Source: an uncultured Alphaproteobacteria bacterium
GTDB lineage: Bacteria; Pseudomonadota; Alphaproteobacteria; Rhizobiales; Methyloligellaceae
Reading direction: 5' to 3'
Length of the DNA: 64,000 bases
Assembly (NCBI GenBank): GCA_963832515.1
Contig: CAWHUE010000014.1
Coordinates: 18,517 to 82,516, forward strand
Each line of letters opens with the position of its first letter. The stretch's first letter is position 1. Positions 42,662 to 53,543 of the stretch are shown piece after piece. A program made the translations under genes and the position numbers. Below the pieces are notes generated by a model that made no database searches, was not told the origin of the DNA, and saw only the letters and a program-made list of their open reading frames with translations.

Positions 42662-45600
42662 GCATCGCGGCCTCCCTTACTCATCAGATCGACGCTAATC
42701 AAGCGCGCGCTTCAGACCCTAATGCCTCGGCCTGGGTCTCGGCCAATGCAGGCACCGGCAAGACCGCGGTGCTGGTCAGGCGCGTGCTCAGGCTGCTGCT
42801 CGCCGGCTCAAAGCCAGAAGCGATCCTCTGCCTGACCTACACCAAGACGGCGGCGGCGGAGATGCAGAACCGACTGCTTGCCGTTTTAGCTAAATGGGCA
42901 ACCACACCGAACGAAAAATTGCACGATGAACTCGACAAGCTTCTCGGGCACTCCCCCGATGAGAGGGAGATGCACCTTGCCCGGCGATTGTTCGCGCAAG
43001 CGCTGGAAGCGCGGGGCGGGCTCAAGATGCACACCATCCACGGCTTCTGCGAGCGGCTCTTGCAACGCTTCCCGCTCGAAGCGCAGATCACCCCGCATTT
43101 CGAGGTGCTCGACGAGCATCGCGCGGCGCGGCTCAAGCAGGCAGCTTACGAGGCCACCATCGCCCGCGCGGCCGAGGACCGCGGCAGCCCGCTTGGGCGC
43201 GCTCTGGCCAAGGCCATCACCTTCACGAGCGACGACTATTTCCGCAAAGTGGTCGAGACCGTGCTCGCCAAGCGCGACGAACTCGCGCGCATGGTGGCCT
43301 ATCACGAGGGCGGCGGCGATTGGGCCGAGGTCGAGGCTCAAGAACTCAAGCGGCTGTTCAATGTCGCCGAGGAAGAAGAAGAGTCGCTGATCGTGGCGCT
43401 TGCCTGCGTGCTGTCCGACGTAGAGTGCGATGACGCCCTTGCCGCCTTCGCCGCCTTCGGCTCGACGGAGACCGACAAGAAGATCGAAGCCGGCTTGCGC
43501 CAAGCGAGGTCAGCCCAAGGCGAGGCTCGTGCGGCCGCGCTCAAATCCGTGTTTTTGAAGGTGGATGGCACACAGCGCTCCCGCATTTGTGGCAGTGCCT
43601 TGGCCAGAGCCGCACCAGCGATTTCCGCAACTCTCGACACGGCGGGAGGCCGTTACATTGCTCTTAGCGAGAAGCTCGCGCGCTTGCGCGTGGCGGAGGC
43701 CAGCGGCGCGGTGCTCGCCTTCGCTGACGCCATCAACGCCGACTATGAGCGGCGGAAGCGCGCCGAGGCCGTGCTCGACTATGACGATCTCATCGCCAAA
43801 GCGCGCAATCTGTTCCTCCAGGCGGGCGCCGCGTCCTGGGTGCTTTACAAGATTGACGGCGGCATCGAGCACATCCTCGTGGACGAGGCGCAGGACACCA
43901 ACCCTGGGCAATGGGAGATCGTGCAGAGCGTAGCGGAGGAGTTCTTCGCCGGCGCGGGCGCGAGCGAGAAATTGCGCACCTTGTTCGCGGTCGGCGACGA
44001 GAAGCAGTCGATCTACAGCTTCCAGGGCGCCGACCCGTCGCGCTTCGGCGGCGTGGGCCGTGCCTTCAAGCATCGCGCCGTGACTATCGGCACCACCTGG
44101 CACGAAGTGCCGCTCAACCTGTCGTTCCGCTCGACCGTCCCGATCCTCAAAGCGGTGGACGCGGTGTTCGCGCGGCCGGAAGCGGCGCAAGGTCTTACCT
44201 TCGCCGAAACCACGTTCATCCAGCATCACGCGCATCGCCAGGGCGACGCGGGGCGGGTCGAGCTGTGGGAGCTTGAGAAAGAGGCAAAGCCCGAGCCGGT
44301 GGAAGCTTTCGAGCCGTGGAACGAGGCGGCAAGCGGCGCCCGGTCGGTCGATATGCTCTGCCGTCGCATCGCCGCGCAGATCAAACAATGGCTCGAAACG
44401 GGAGAAGTGCTCCCCTCGCAAGGCCGTGCGGTCCGTGCCGGCGATATCCTCATTCTGGTCCGCCGCCGAGATCCCTTCACCACGCCCATGATCCGCGAAT
44501 TGAAGCGGCTGCGTATTGACGTCGCCGGCGCTGACCGCATGAAGCTGATGGATCAGCTCGCGGTGCAAGATCTGGTGGCGCTTGCCGATGTGCTGCTGAT
44601 GCCGGAGGACGATCTCGCGCTCGCCGTGGTGCTCAAGAGCCCATTCTTCAATCTCGACGACGCGGCGCTGTTCGATCTCGCGCATCGCCGTCCGGGTTCG
44701 CTGTGGTCGGCGCTAAAGGCCAAGGCGGCGGACGACGCGCGCTTCGCCGAGCCGATGGCGCGGCTTACCGCGTGGCTCGCGCGCGCCGACCTGTTGCCGC
44801 CTTACGAGTTCTTCTCCGAGTTGCTCGGCGCCGAGGATCAGCTCATGCGTAAGCGTCTGCTCACCCGGCTTGGGCCAGAGGCGGCCGAAGCCATCGACGA
44901 ATTTCTCGATCTCGCGCTCAACTGCGACCGCGAAGAAGCGCCATCCCTACAAAGCTTCATCGACCAGCTCCGTGCCGACGAGGTCGAGATCAAGCGCGAC
45001 ATGGACCAGGATCGCGATGAGGTGCGCATCATGACGGTCCACGGCGCCAAGGGACTTGAAGCGCCGATCGTGTTCCTGCCCGACACCTGCATGATGCCGC
45101 GCCCGCAGGGCCCGCGCATCTTCCCCCTGCCCCGTGCGGGCCAACCGCCGGACGAAGTCCCTCATCTTGCCTGGGCCCCGGCAGGGCATTCCGACCTCGC
45201 CGTGCTGGCCAATTCCAAAGCCGCCCTGACGCAGGCCGAGCGCGAGGAGCATAATCGGCTGCTCTATGTCGCCATGACCCGCGCGCGCGACCGGCTTTAT
45301 GTCGCCGGCTGGACCGGCCAAAGGGAGAAACCCGAGACCCACTCCTGGTATCCGCTGGTCAAAGACGGCCTCGCCGGGCATCTCACCGAGATCGCCGATG
45401 CCGACGGCGTCACCGTGTGGCGCATGGAGAGCGCGCAAGAAAAGCCGGTCGGGGAAAAAGCAACGGGACGGCAAGACGCCGAAGTCGCGCCGCTCCCTGC
45501 CTGGGCGCGCACGCCTGCCCCGCCGGAACGCACCAGACCGACGCTTGCCCCCTCGCGGCTTGCGCTTGGGCCTGACGGCGCGGCTCACAGCGCCGAGCAG

Positions 45601-46167
45601 CCGCCGCTTGGACCAGGCGCGCTCGGGACGAACGATCGTTATGCGCGCGGGCGGCTGGTCCATGCTCTGCTCCAGCATCTGCCGAACGTCGCGGCGGAGC
45701 ATCAGGAATGCGCGGCACGCGCCTTCGTCGCCGTGCGTGGTGCGGGCCTCGCTCAGGCTCTTCAGGACGAGATCGTCACAGAAACACTCGACGTCGTCCG
45801 CAATCCGGCTTTCGCGCCCTTGTTCCTGCCGGGCAGCCTCGCCGAGGTCCCGGTGGTAGCAAGGCTTGGCGAAGGCGACGGCGCCTTCGCGCTCGACGGG
45901 CAGATCGACCTGCTGGCCGTGCTCGATCGCGACCTGCTGATCGTCGACTACAAGACCAACCGCCCGCCCGCGGCGACGCCCGAGGAGGTCGCGCCGGCCT
46001 ATGTCGCACAGCTTGCCGCTTACCGCGCGGCGCTTGCCCGCCTCTTCCCCGGCCGCAGCTTGCGCGCCGCGCTGCTCTGGACCGATGGCCCGACGCTCAT
46101 GGAGATTCCGTCAACTCTGCTTGATGATGCGGAACGCCGCATCTTGCGGCGGGCTGGCGAGCCTTGA
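42658..46167 (+). CDS. addA: Double-strand break repair helicase/nuclease AddA
   Basis: VSANAGTGKT, VDEAQDT, VGDEKQSIY, TVHGAKGLE, YVAMTRA, GQIDL..DYKT. Confidence 0.96.
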   Translation: MSIAASLTHQIDANQARASDPNASAWVSANAGTGKTAVLVRRVLRLLLAGSKPEAILCLTYTKTAAAEMQNRLLAVLAKWATTPNEKLHDELDKLLGHSPDEREMHLARRLFAQALEARGGLKMHTIHGFCERLLQRFPLEAQITPHFEVLDEHRAARLKQAAYEATIARAAEDRGSPLGRALAKAITFTSDDYFRKVVETVLAKRDELARMVAYHEGGGDWAEVEAQELKRLFNVAEEEEESLIVALACVLSDVECDDALAAFAAFGSTETDKKIEAGLRQARSAQGEARAAALKSVFLKVDGTQRSRICGSALARAAPAISATLDTAGGRYIALSEKLARLRVAEASGAVLAFADAINADYERRKRAEAVLDYDDLIAKARNLFLQAGAASWVLYKIDGGIEHILVDEAQDTNPGQWEIVQSVAEEFFAGAGASEKLRTLFAVGDEKQSIYSFQGADPSRFGGVGRAFKHRAVTIGTTWHEVPLNLSFRSTVPILKAVDAVFARPEAAQGLTFAETTFIQHHAHRQGDAGRVELWELEKEAKPEPVEAFEPWNEAASGARSVDMLCRRIAAQIKQWLETGEVLPSQGRAVRAGDILILVRRRDPFTTPMIRELKRLRIDVAGADRMKLMDQLAVQDLVALADVLLMPEDDLALAVVLKSPFFNLDDAALFDLAHRRPGSLWSALKAKAADDARFAEPMARLTAWLARADLLPPYEFFSELLGAEDQLMRKRLLTRLGPEAAEAIDEFLDLALNCDREEAPSLQSFIDQLRADEVEIKRDMDQDRDEVRIMTVHGAKGLEAPIVFLPDTCMMPRPQGPRIFPLPRAGQPPDEVPHLAWAPAGHSDLAVLANSKAALTQAEREEHNRLLYVAMTRARDRLYVAGWTGQREKPETHSWYPLVKDGLAGHLTEIADADGVTVWRMESAQEKPVGEKATGRQDAEVAPLPAWARTPAPPERTRPTLAPSRLALGPDGAAHSAEQPPLGPGALGTNDRYARGRLVHALLQHLPNVAAEHQECAARAFVAVRGAGLAQALQDEIVTETLDVVRNPAFAPLFLPGSLAEVPVVARLGEGDGAFALDGQIDLLAVLDRDLLIVDYKTNRPPAATPEEVAPAYVAQLAAYRAALARLFPGRSLRAALLWTDGPTLMEIPSTLLDDAERRILRRAGEP

Positions 46168-46241
46168 CGGGTGCGTACCCCGCACCTAGGTTCCGGTCCT
46201 GAAGACAGCCGCCGTTGCGCTCGGCGCGCGAGGAGAAGCAG

Positions 46242-46574
46242 ATGGCAACCGAAAAAATTTCCGACGACACCTTCGAAGCCGAGGTGCTCAAGTCGCCGAT
46301 CCCGGTGGTGGTCGATTTCTGGGCCGAATGGTGCGGCCCATGCCGGCAGATCGCGCCCGCGCTCGAAGAGATCGCCAAGGAATTCGACGGCAAGGTGCGC
46401 ATCACCAAGCTCAATATCGATGAGAATCAGCGCACCCCCACGCAATACAACGTGCGGGCCATCCCGACGCTGATCCTGTTCAAGGACGGCGAGATCGCGG
46501 GCACACTTAGGGGCGCCTATCCGAAGAACCATCTGGCTGCGTGGATCAGCGGCGCGATCGGCGCTGCCGCCTAG
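46242..46574 (+). CDS. trxA: Thioredoxin
   Basis: DFWAEWCGPC, IPTLILFK. Confidence 0.96.
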   Translation: MATEKISDDTFEAEVLKSPIPVVVDFWAEWCGPCRQIAPALEEIAKEFDGKVRITKLNIDENQRTPTQYNVRAIPTLILFKDGEIAGTLRGAYPKNHLAAWISGAIGAAA

Positions 46575-46591
46575 CTGCGACCGCTTCGGAC

Positions 46592-46921
46592 TCAGTCTTC
46601 CTCGCCGAAACCGTTCTCGACGAGCTTGATCAGCGCTTCGAGCGCGGCGCGCGCGTCAGCGCCTTCCGCCTCGATCAGGATCGAGTGGCCCTGGCCCGCG
46701 GCGAGCATCATCAGGCCCATGATCGAGGTGCCGCCGACGGTGTGGCCTTCGCGCGTCACGTTCACCTTGGCCTTGAAGGTCGAAGCCGTGCGCACGAACT
46801 GCGCGGAGGCGCGCGCGTGCAGCCCCTTTTTGTTTGGAATCACGACCTCGGCGAAATAGAGCCCACCGACCGGCTTACCATCGTCCCCCTGCCGCATCCG
46901 GCTGCGCACGCTTGCGCCCAT
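46592..46921 (-). CDS. npr: HPr/NPr phosphocarrier
   Basis: GLHARASA, SIMGLMML; start is 46921 or 46897. Confidence 0.9.
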   Translation of the reverse strand: MGASVRSRMRQGDDGKPVGGLYFAEVVIPNKKGLHARASAQFVRTASTFKAKVNVTREGHTVGGTSIMGLMMLAAGQGHSILIEAEGADARAALEALIKLVENGFGEED

Positions 46922-46965
46922 GCTTCCCTGCTCTCCCCGCGAAGACGTTCCGCTACCCCCGACCC

Positions 46966-47367
46966 TCAGTTGGCCGCGAGGATTTGACTTGCGACGCTGA
47001 TATATTTGCGGCCGGCTTCCTGCGCCTTGGTGATCGCTTCTTCGAGCCCGCACTCGCCGCGCACGCTCGCGAGCTTCACCAGCATCGGCAGATTGACGCC
47101 GGCGATCACCTCGACATTGGATTGCTCCATCGCCGAGATGGCGAGGTTCGACGGCGAGCCGCCGAACATGTCGGTGAGCACGACGACGCCCGCGCCGCTG
47201 TCGACGCGCGCAAGCGCGGTCAGCATGTCGCTGCGACGCTCGTCGAGGTCGTCGTCGGGCCCGATCGAGATGGTCTCGATCTGCTCCTGCGGTCCGACCA
47301 CGTGCTCGAGCGCGGCACGAAATTCGTGCGCGAGCTTGCCATGGGTGACGATGACGACGCCGATCAT
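46966..47367 (-). CDS. manX: PTS EIIA mannose-type
   Basis: VIVTHGKLA, TDMFGGSPSN, GVNLPML. Confidence 0.92.
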   Translation of the reverse strand: MIGVVIVTHGKLAHEFRAALEHVVGPQEQIETISIGPDDDLDERRSDMLTALARVDSGAGVVVLTDMFGGSPSNLAISAMEQSNVEVIAGVNLPMLVKLASVRGECGLEEAITKAQEAGRKYISVASQILAAN

Positions 47368-47449
47368 GTTGCCCTTTGGATTGCCGGCCCCCGGCGAAAG
47401 GCCGCTATCTTTGTCGGGAGAGAGTGTGCGCGCAAGTGCGATCCTTGCC

Positions 47450-47911
47450 TTAATTGGGATCGTGCGGCGCTGCCCGCAAGAGCGCCAATTTCAACTTAAG
47501 CGGCGCCGACGGCTCGAATGCGCTTAATTGCATGAGAGGCACGGAAACGCCCGCAATCACGGTCCTTTCCAGCGGTTCAGGCGCCATGCGCGGCATGTCG
47601 GGACGTTCGACCAAATCGCAAACGAGCACGAGGCGCGCTTCGTCAATGCACGGCACGTTCACGATGCCTATACCCCTCACCTCGATCTTGCCGGCGATCG
47701 TCTCGGGCGCCCCTACGAGCGGCGCTCCGTCCCCGCGCGTTTCGACGAAGACCTGATCGTCGGCGACGAGCCGCGGCGCGCTGGCCGCGTCACACGAAAG
47801 CGCGATGAACCTGAGCGCGAGGTCGGATTTGCCCGCACCCGAGGGCCCGCGCAGCAAAGCGGCGCGCCGCCCGAGCGCCACGCAAGTCCCATGCACCAGC
47901 TCACGTGCCAA
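47450..47911 (-). CDS. hprK: HPr kinase/phosphorylase, short alphaproteobacterial type
   Basis: VHGTCV, GPSGAGKSDLAL, LVADD, IEVRGIG. Confidence 0.9.
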   Translation of the reverse strand: MARELVHGTCVALGRRAALLRGPSGAGKSDLALRFIALSCDAASAPRLVADDQVFVETRGDGAPLVGAPETIAGKIEVRGIGIVNVPCIDEARLVLVCDLVERPDMPRMAPEPLERTVIAGVSVPLMQLSAFEPSAPLKLKLALLRAAPHDPN

Positions 47912-47928
47912 GCATCCCTCTGCGCCGG

Positions 47929-49755
47929 TTACGCGGCCGGCAGGCGCATCACGAAGCGCGCGCCTCCGGTCGTGCCGGTTCCGCCATCGCCCTTGCCGCG
48001 TCCGAGGCCTGCTGGCGGGCGGTTCTCGGCCCACAGGCGGCCGCCGTGGCCGACCGCGATTTGACGCGAGATATTGAGGCCGAGGCCGGAGTTGTTTCCG
48101 AAATTCTCCTGCGGGCGATCGGTGTAGAAACGCTCGAAGATGCGCTCGATGTTCTCTTCGGGGATACCCGGTCCTTCGTCCTCGACAGCGACCTGGATCT
48201 CGTTGCCGATCCGCCGCGCGACCACCGCCACGCGCTCGCCCGGCGGCGAGAAGGAGATCGCATTGTCGAGCAGGTTGACGATCACCTGGCTCAAGCGGCT
48301 GTCATGCCCCGTGACGCGGTAAGGATGCGCGCCCGGCGCATAGGCAATGTCGAGCACGACTTCCGGCGTGTCGTCGCGATGGATGTCGTTGAACAGCGAA
48401 ACCGTAGTGCGCAGCAGCTCGGCCATGTCGACCGGCCTCGCGTCTTCGCGCGCAAGCTCCGCATCGAGCCGCGAGGCATCGGAGATGTCGCTGATCAGCC
48501 GGTCGAGCCGCTTCACGTCGTGCTTGATGATCTCCATCAAGCGCTCCTTGGCGTCCTGGGTCTTGGCGAGCGGCAGGGTCTCGGTCGCGCTGCGCAAGGA
48601 CGTGAGCGGGTTCTTCAACTCGTGCGACACGTCGGCGGCGAAGCTTTCGATCGCATCGATCCGCCGGTAGAGCGCGCTCGTCATGTCGCGCAGCGCGCCG
48701 GACAGGTGTCCGATCTCGTCCGAGCGGTCGGTGAAGTCGGGAATCTCGGCGCGACCCTTCACGCTATGGCGCACATTCTCGGCCGCGGCCGCCAGCCGCT
48801 GCACCGGCCCGGCAATAGTGTTGGCGAGGATGATCGACAGCACGATGGTCACCGCCGCCGCGAACAGCGACACGCGCACGATGCCCCAGCGCTCGGCGGC
48901 CACGATGTTGTCGATGTCGCCGCCGCGCGTCGAGAGCAGCAGCACGCCGAGCACGGCGCGCATGCGCTGGATCGGCACGGCGACCGAAACCACGAGCTCG
49001 CCCTTGTCGTTGATACGCACGATCGGAACCGACGTGCCGGTGAGCGCGGTCGCGACCTCGGGATAGGCCTTGCCGTTCGCCCCGCCGATCTCGGTATAGA
49101 GCGGCAGGTGATCGTACCGGCTCATGTTCGTCTTCACCGCCTGCCAGAACGAGACGAGCGCATCGGGCGCGTCGACATTGGGCGGCGGCAGGTCGTAGCG
49201 CAGCACTTCTCCGCGCGAGTAGAACGTATCGGAATCGAGGATCAGCGCGCCGTCGCGATTGTAGATGCGGGCGCGGCTTCCGGTGGGTTTTACCAGAGGC
49301 CTGAGGATCGGCGCCGCACGCTCGGGGTCGATGGTGAAGCCGAGCGCTCCGCCAAGCGCGTCGTCATTGTCGTTGCCTGAGGCGACGAACTCGGCCTCGA
49401 GCAGGCTCTCCGGATCGACCGGAACCTCGTTGGTGTCGACGCCGGCAGACGCCGCAATGGCGCGGGCGATGATCTCGCCTTGCGTGAGCAGGCTCTGCAC
49501 CTTGGCGTCGATCAGCCCGGCGCGGAATTGGTTGAGGTAGAGGATGCCCGAGACGAGGATCGCGAGCCCGATCAGGTTGAGCACCACGATGCGGCGGGTG
49601 AGGCTCGAAAAGCCGTGACGGAACGGAAGATACTCGCCGAGCCAGGCGAAGGCCCGGCGTGTGCGGTCGGCGCCGGCACGGAGCGCTCGGACGATGCGCT
49701 CCTTTGCGCTGGGCGCTTCAGGCCGTTGCCAGGACCTGTCGGCCTCGGCGGTCAT
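47929..49755 (-). CDS. chvG: Sensor histidine kinase ChvG/ExoS
   Basis: SSLTRRIVVLN, HAMP domain, DVSHELKNPLTS, FYTDRP, SGLGL. Confidence 0.95.
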   Translation of the reverse strand: MTAEADRSWQRPEAPSAKERIVRALRAGADRTRRAFAWLGEYLPFRHGFSSLTRRIVVLNLIGLAILVSGILYLNQFRAGLIDAKVQSLLTQGEIIARAIAASAGVDTNEVPVDPESLLEAEFVASGNDNDDALGGALGFTIDPERAAPILRPLVKPTGSRARIYNRDGALILDSDTFYSRGEVLRYDLPPPNVDAPDALVSFWQAVKTNMSRYDHLPLYTEIGGANGKAYPEVATALTGTSVPIVRINDKGELVVSVAVPIQRMRAVLGVLLLSTRGGDIDNIVAAERWGIVRVSLFAAAVTIVLSIILANTIAGPVQRLAAAAENVRHSVKGRAEIPDFTDRSDEIGHLSGALRDMTSALYRRIDAIESFAADVSHELKNPLTSLRSATETLPLAKTQDAKERLMEIIKHDVKRLDRLISDISDASRLDAELAREDARPVDMAELLRTTVSLFNDIHRDDTPEVVLDIAYAPGAHPYRVTGHDSRLSQVIVNLLDNAISFSPPGERVAVVARRIGNEIQVAVEDEGPGIPEENIERIFERFYTDRPQENFGNNSGLGLNISRQIAVGHGGRLWAENRPPAGLGRGKGDGGTGTTGGARFVMRLPAA

Positions 49756-49767
49756 GGATGTCGTCCG

Positions 49768-50463
49768 TCACTCTTTGAAACGGTAGCCAACCCCATAAAG
49801 CGTCTCGATCACGTCGAAGCTCGAATCGACCGCTTTGAACTTCTTGCGCAGGCGCTTGATGTGGCTGTCGATGGTGCGGTCGTCGACATAGACCTGGTCA
49901 TCATAGGCCGCATCCATCAGCGCGTCGCGGCTTTTCACCACGCCCGGGCGGGCGGCAAGCGCCTGAAGGATCAGGAATTCCGTCACGGTCAAAGTCACGG
50001 GCCGGTTGTCCCAGACGCAAGTGTGCCGCTCGGGGTCCATCTTGAGCTTGCCGCGCTCGAGCACCTTGGACTTGTCCTCGACCACTTGCGCCGTGTCGCG
50101 GGGCGCTGAGCGCCGCAGCACGGCCTTCACCCGCTCGACCAAGAGCCGCTGCGGAAAGGGCTTCCGGATGAAGTCGTCGGCGCCCATCTTGAGCCCGAAC
50201 AGCTCGTCGATCTCTTCGTCCTTGGAGGTGAGGAAGATCACCGGCAGCTCGCTCCGCTGCCTCAAGCGGCGCAGGAGTTCCATGCCGTCCATGCGCGGCA
50301 TCTTGATATCGAGGATGGCGAGGTCCGGTGGGCTCTCCGCGAAGCCGTCGAGCGCGCTTGCGCCGTCGTTATAGGTCTGCGTTTTATAGCCCTCCGCCTC
50401 GAGAACCATGCGCAGCGAAGTGAGAATGTTTCGATCGTCGTCGACAAGTGCAATTGTTGGCAT
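49768..50463 (-). CDS. chvI: Response regulator ChvI
   Basis: [39 protein letters not shown]. Confidence 0.96.
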   Translation of the reverse strand: MPTIALVDDDRNILTSLRMVLEAEGYKTQTYNDGASALDGFAESPPDLAILDIKMPRMDGMELLRRLRQRSELPVIFLTSKDEEIDELFGLKMGADDFIRKPFPQRLLVERVKAVLRRSAPRDTAQVVEDKSKVLERGKLKMDPERHTCVWDNRPVTLTVTEFLILQALAARPGVVKSRDALMDAAYDDQVYVDDRTIDSHIKRLRKKFKAVDSSFDVIETLYGVGYRFKE

Positions 50464-50585
50464 TGTTGGGGGCCCTTGCGGCGATTGGCGTTAAGCAGGA
50501 TGCAGGGATCAGGGGCTGCGCCAATTATGGCAGCTTTGGGGCGCGGCTCGCCACCCGTCTCGTTCGTGGTGCAACAATTATCGTT

Positions 50586-51335
50586 ATGGCGCAAGTGAAT
50601 AAGTCTCCAGAAATGCCCACGAAAATCGAGATCGCGGCCAATGCGCGCGGCCTCGTCCGGCGTGCCTTCAAGGGGTCGCTGGCGACCATCGACGCACGGA
50701 ACGGCTACCCCTACGCCTCACTCGTCACGCTGGCGACCGACGTCTCGGGCGCGCCGACCTTGCTGATCTCGAACCTCGCCCGGCACACGGCCAATCTCGC
50801 CAAGGACACACGCGCCTCGATCCTGATGGACGAGACCGGCGCGCTGGCCGATCCGCTGCAAGGCGCGCGCGTGACCCTTTACGGCAGGGCTGAGAAGGCT
50901 GACGGGCGAAGCGTGCGGCGGCGGTTCCTAGCCCGGCATCCGGAAGCCGCCTTCTATGCCGACTTTCCGGATTTCGCCTTCTGGCGGCTCGCGGTCGAAG
51001 GCGCGCATTACATCGGCGGCTTCGGGCGCATCTTCGACCTCAATCCGGATGAGCTGCTGGTTCCGCTCGAAGGCGCCGACGCGCTGGTCGAGGCCGAGCC
51101 CGGCATCATCGCGCATATGAACGAGGACCACGCCGACGCCATCGCGCTCTACGCAACCGTGCTTTCCGGCGCCGAGCCTGGGCCATGGCGCATGGTGGGT
51201 ATCGACCCCGAGGGCTTCGACATTGCCTCGGCAACGGACGTCCGGCGGATCGTATTCGCCGCGCCCATCGCCACGCCTGCCGAAGCCCGCAAGGAGCTGG
51301 TGAGATTGGCGGCCGCGGCGAGTGAGGGGCGTTGA
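50586..51335 (+). CDS. HugZ/pyridoxamine 5'-phosphate oxidase-like protein with DUF2470 domain
   Basis: GYPYASLV, ISNLARHT, GGFGRI, HMNEDH, GIDPEG. Confidence 0.88.
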   Translation: MAQVNKSPEMPTKIEIAANARGLVRRAFKGSLATIDARNGYPYASLVTLATDVSGAPTLLISNLARHTANLAKDTRASILMDETGALADPLQGARVTLYGRAEKADGRSVRRRFLARHPEAAFYADFPDFAFWRLAVEGAHYIGGFGRIFDLNPDELLVPLEGADALVEAEPGIIAHMNEDHADAIALYATVLSGAEPGPWRMVGIDPEGFDIASATDVRRIVFAAPIATPAEARKELVRLAAAASEGR

Positions 51336-53389
51336 TGCGGCAGGTCTGCAAGGCCATGCTCGCGCTTGGCGCGGCCTGGCTCGCTTGGCCCGTTTTTGCA
51401 GAGACGCCCGCCGAGATCCTGCAGAAGACTTTGCCTCCCGTATTCGATCCGGCCGCGATCGATCACAGCGTCGCCCCTTGCGCCGATTTCTACCAGCATG
51501 CCTGCGGCGAGTGGCTCAAGGCCAACCCGGTACCCCCCGACCAAACCAAATGGTCGCGCTACAACGTGCTCGACGAGCACATCGTCGCGCTGCTTGCATC
51601 TGTCCTGGAGAAAGCGGACGCGGCCGGAGGGAGCGGGAGCAGCCGCAAGATCGGCGACTACTATGCATCCTGTCTCGACGAGGCGGCGATCGAGGCGAAG
51701 GGGCTCGCGCCCTTCGCGCAGAACTTTGCGCGCATCGAGGCGCTTCAGGATAAGCCGCAGCTCGCGGCCGAGATCGCGCACCTGCATCTTATCGGCGCGG
51801 CGCCGCTCTTCTCCTTCGCCTCGGTCCAGGACTACACCGACGCGACGATGATGATCGCTGGGGCGGATCAGGACGGTTTCGCCCTTCCCGACCGTGACTA
51901 TTATTTGACCGACGCGTTCAAGAGCGAGCGGGCGCAATACCGTGAGCACCTGGCGCGCATGTTCGGCCTGCTCGGCGATCGGAGCGCGGGGGCAGATGCG
52001 AAGGCCAATGCCGTGCTGCGCGTCGAGACCGCACTCGCCAAGGCCGCGATGGGTATCGTCGAGCGCCGCGAGCCGAAGAATGTCCATCACAAGATGACAC
52101 CCGCCGAGTTCAAGTCGCTTACGCCGTCCTTCGACTGGGCGGCCTATCTCGCAGGCATCGGCGCGCCCGCGTTCGCCTCGCTCGACGTCGCCGATCCTGG
52201 ATTCTTCCAGGGGCTCGAAGCTTCGCTGCGATCGATCCCCCTCACCGACTGGAAGGCCTATCTCAAATGGACCGCCATCCAGGCGGGGTTGTCCGCGGCG
52301 CCGAAAGCCTTGGTCGATGAGGATTTCGACTTCTTTGGCAAGCGGCTCGGCGGACAGACCGAGATCAAGGCAAGATGGAAGCGCTGCGTCGACGATGTCG
52401 ACACCCAGCTCGGCGATGCGCTCGGTCAGGCCTATGTCGAGCGTGAGTTCAGCCCGGCCGCGAAGGAACGTGCGCGCGGCATGGTGCGCCAAGTGGAAAA
52501 GGCCATGGAAGCCGCTATCAAGACGCTTGATTGGATGAGCGACACGACCAAGGCACGCGCGCTCGAGAAGCTCGCGTTGGTCGCCGACAAGATAGGTTAT
52601 CCCGACAAATGGCTCGACTACGACAAGCTGAAGATCGTTCGCGGCGACGCGCTCGGCAATGTCGAGCGGGCCTCGGAATTCGAGCTTCGCCGCCAGTTGG
52701 CGAAGATCGGCAAGCCGGTCGACCGCGCCGAGTGGAGCACGACCGCGCCGACCAACAACGCCTATTACGACGCGCAGCTCAACGACATCAATTTCCCGGC
52801 CGGTGTGCTGCAAAGGCCGAATTTCGATATGGAGGCTGATGATGCGGACAACTATGGGAGCCTGGGGATGGTGATCGGGCATGAGCTGACGCATGGCTTC
52901 GACGACGAGGGACGTCACTATGACGCCCACGGCAATCTCGCCGACTGGTGGACCGAGGCTGACGCCAAGGCGTTCGAGGCGCGCGCAGCCGGCTTCGTCA
53001 GTCAATACGATGCCTATGTGGCGGTGCAGAACCCCGCGGATCCGAGCAAGGATATCCGTCTCGACGGTAAGCTTACGCTTGGCGAGAACACGGCCGACAA
53101 TGGCGGCATCCGGCTTGGTTATGAGGCGTTCCTGGCCACGCCAGCCGCGGCGGGAGGGAAGGATTCCCTCGGCTACACGCCCGCGCAGCGCTTCTTCTTG
53201 AGCTTTGCCCAGGCCTGGTGCGGCAACCGCACCGACGAAGCGGCCAAGGAGGATGCAAAGACCGACCCGCACGCGCCGGGCAAATATCGTGTGAACGGCT
53301 CCTTATCCAACCTTCTGGCCTTCCGCCAGGCCTTCGCCTGCAAGACGGGAGCGCCCATGGCGCCACAGATCATGCATCGCGTCTGGTAA
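51335..53389 (+). CDS. M13 (neprilysin/PepO) zinc metallopeptidase, exported
   Basis: Signal peptide, PCADFYQHACG, NAYY, GHELTHGFDD, GENTAD, DPHAP..RVNG. Confidence 0.93.
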   Translation: MRQVCKAMLALGAAWLAWPVFAETPAEILQKTLPPVFDPAAIDHSVAPCADFYQHACGEWLKANPVPPDQTKWSRYNVLDEHIVALLASVLEKADAAGGSGSSRKIGDYYASCLDEAAIEAKGLAPFAQNFARIEALQDKPQLAAEIAHLHLIGAAPLFSFASVQDYTDATMMIAGADQDGFALPDRDYYLTDAFKSERAQYREHLARMFGLLGDRSAGADAKANAVLRVETALAKAAMGIVERREPKNVHHKMTPAEFKSLTPSFDWAAYLAGIGAPAFASLDVADPGFFQGLEASLRSIPLTDWKAYLKWTAIQAGLSAAPKALVDEDFDFFGKRLGGQTEIKARWKRCVDDVDTQLGDALGQAYVEREFSPAAKERARGMVRQVEKAMEAAIKTLDWMSDTTKARALEKLALVADKIGYPDKWLDYDKLKIVRGDALGNVERASEFELRRQLAKIGKPVDRAEWSTTAPTNNAYYDAQLNDINFPAGVLQRPNFDMEADDADNYGSLGMVIGHELTHGFDDEGRHYDAHGNLADWWTEADAKAFEARAAGFVSQYDAYVAVQNPADPSKDIRLDGKLTLGENTADNGGIRLGYEAFLATPAAAGGKDSLGYTPAQRFFLSFAQAWCGNRTDEAAKEDAKTDPHAPGKYRVNGSLSNLLAFRQAFACKTGAPMAPQIMHRVW

Positions 53390-53543
53390 GCTTGGCGAAG
53401 GGCCTCGCAGTCGCATTGAGCGGGGTCCGCCGCCCCGGCGGGCCAATGCGAGCGCCCGCCTTGAAAGCCTTGCAACTTCAGTGCTAGCAAGGAGCAACTT
53501 TGTGCCTTCCCATCCATTCATTTGAGCCTGGGGATCCTGCCGC

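Noticed and set aside
46592-50463. chvI-chvG-hprK-manX-npr cluster as a new system
   Set aside because: Well-described alphaproteobacterial locus.
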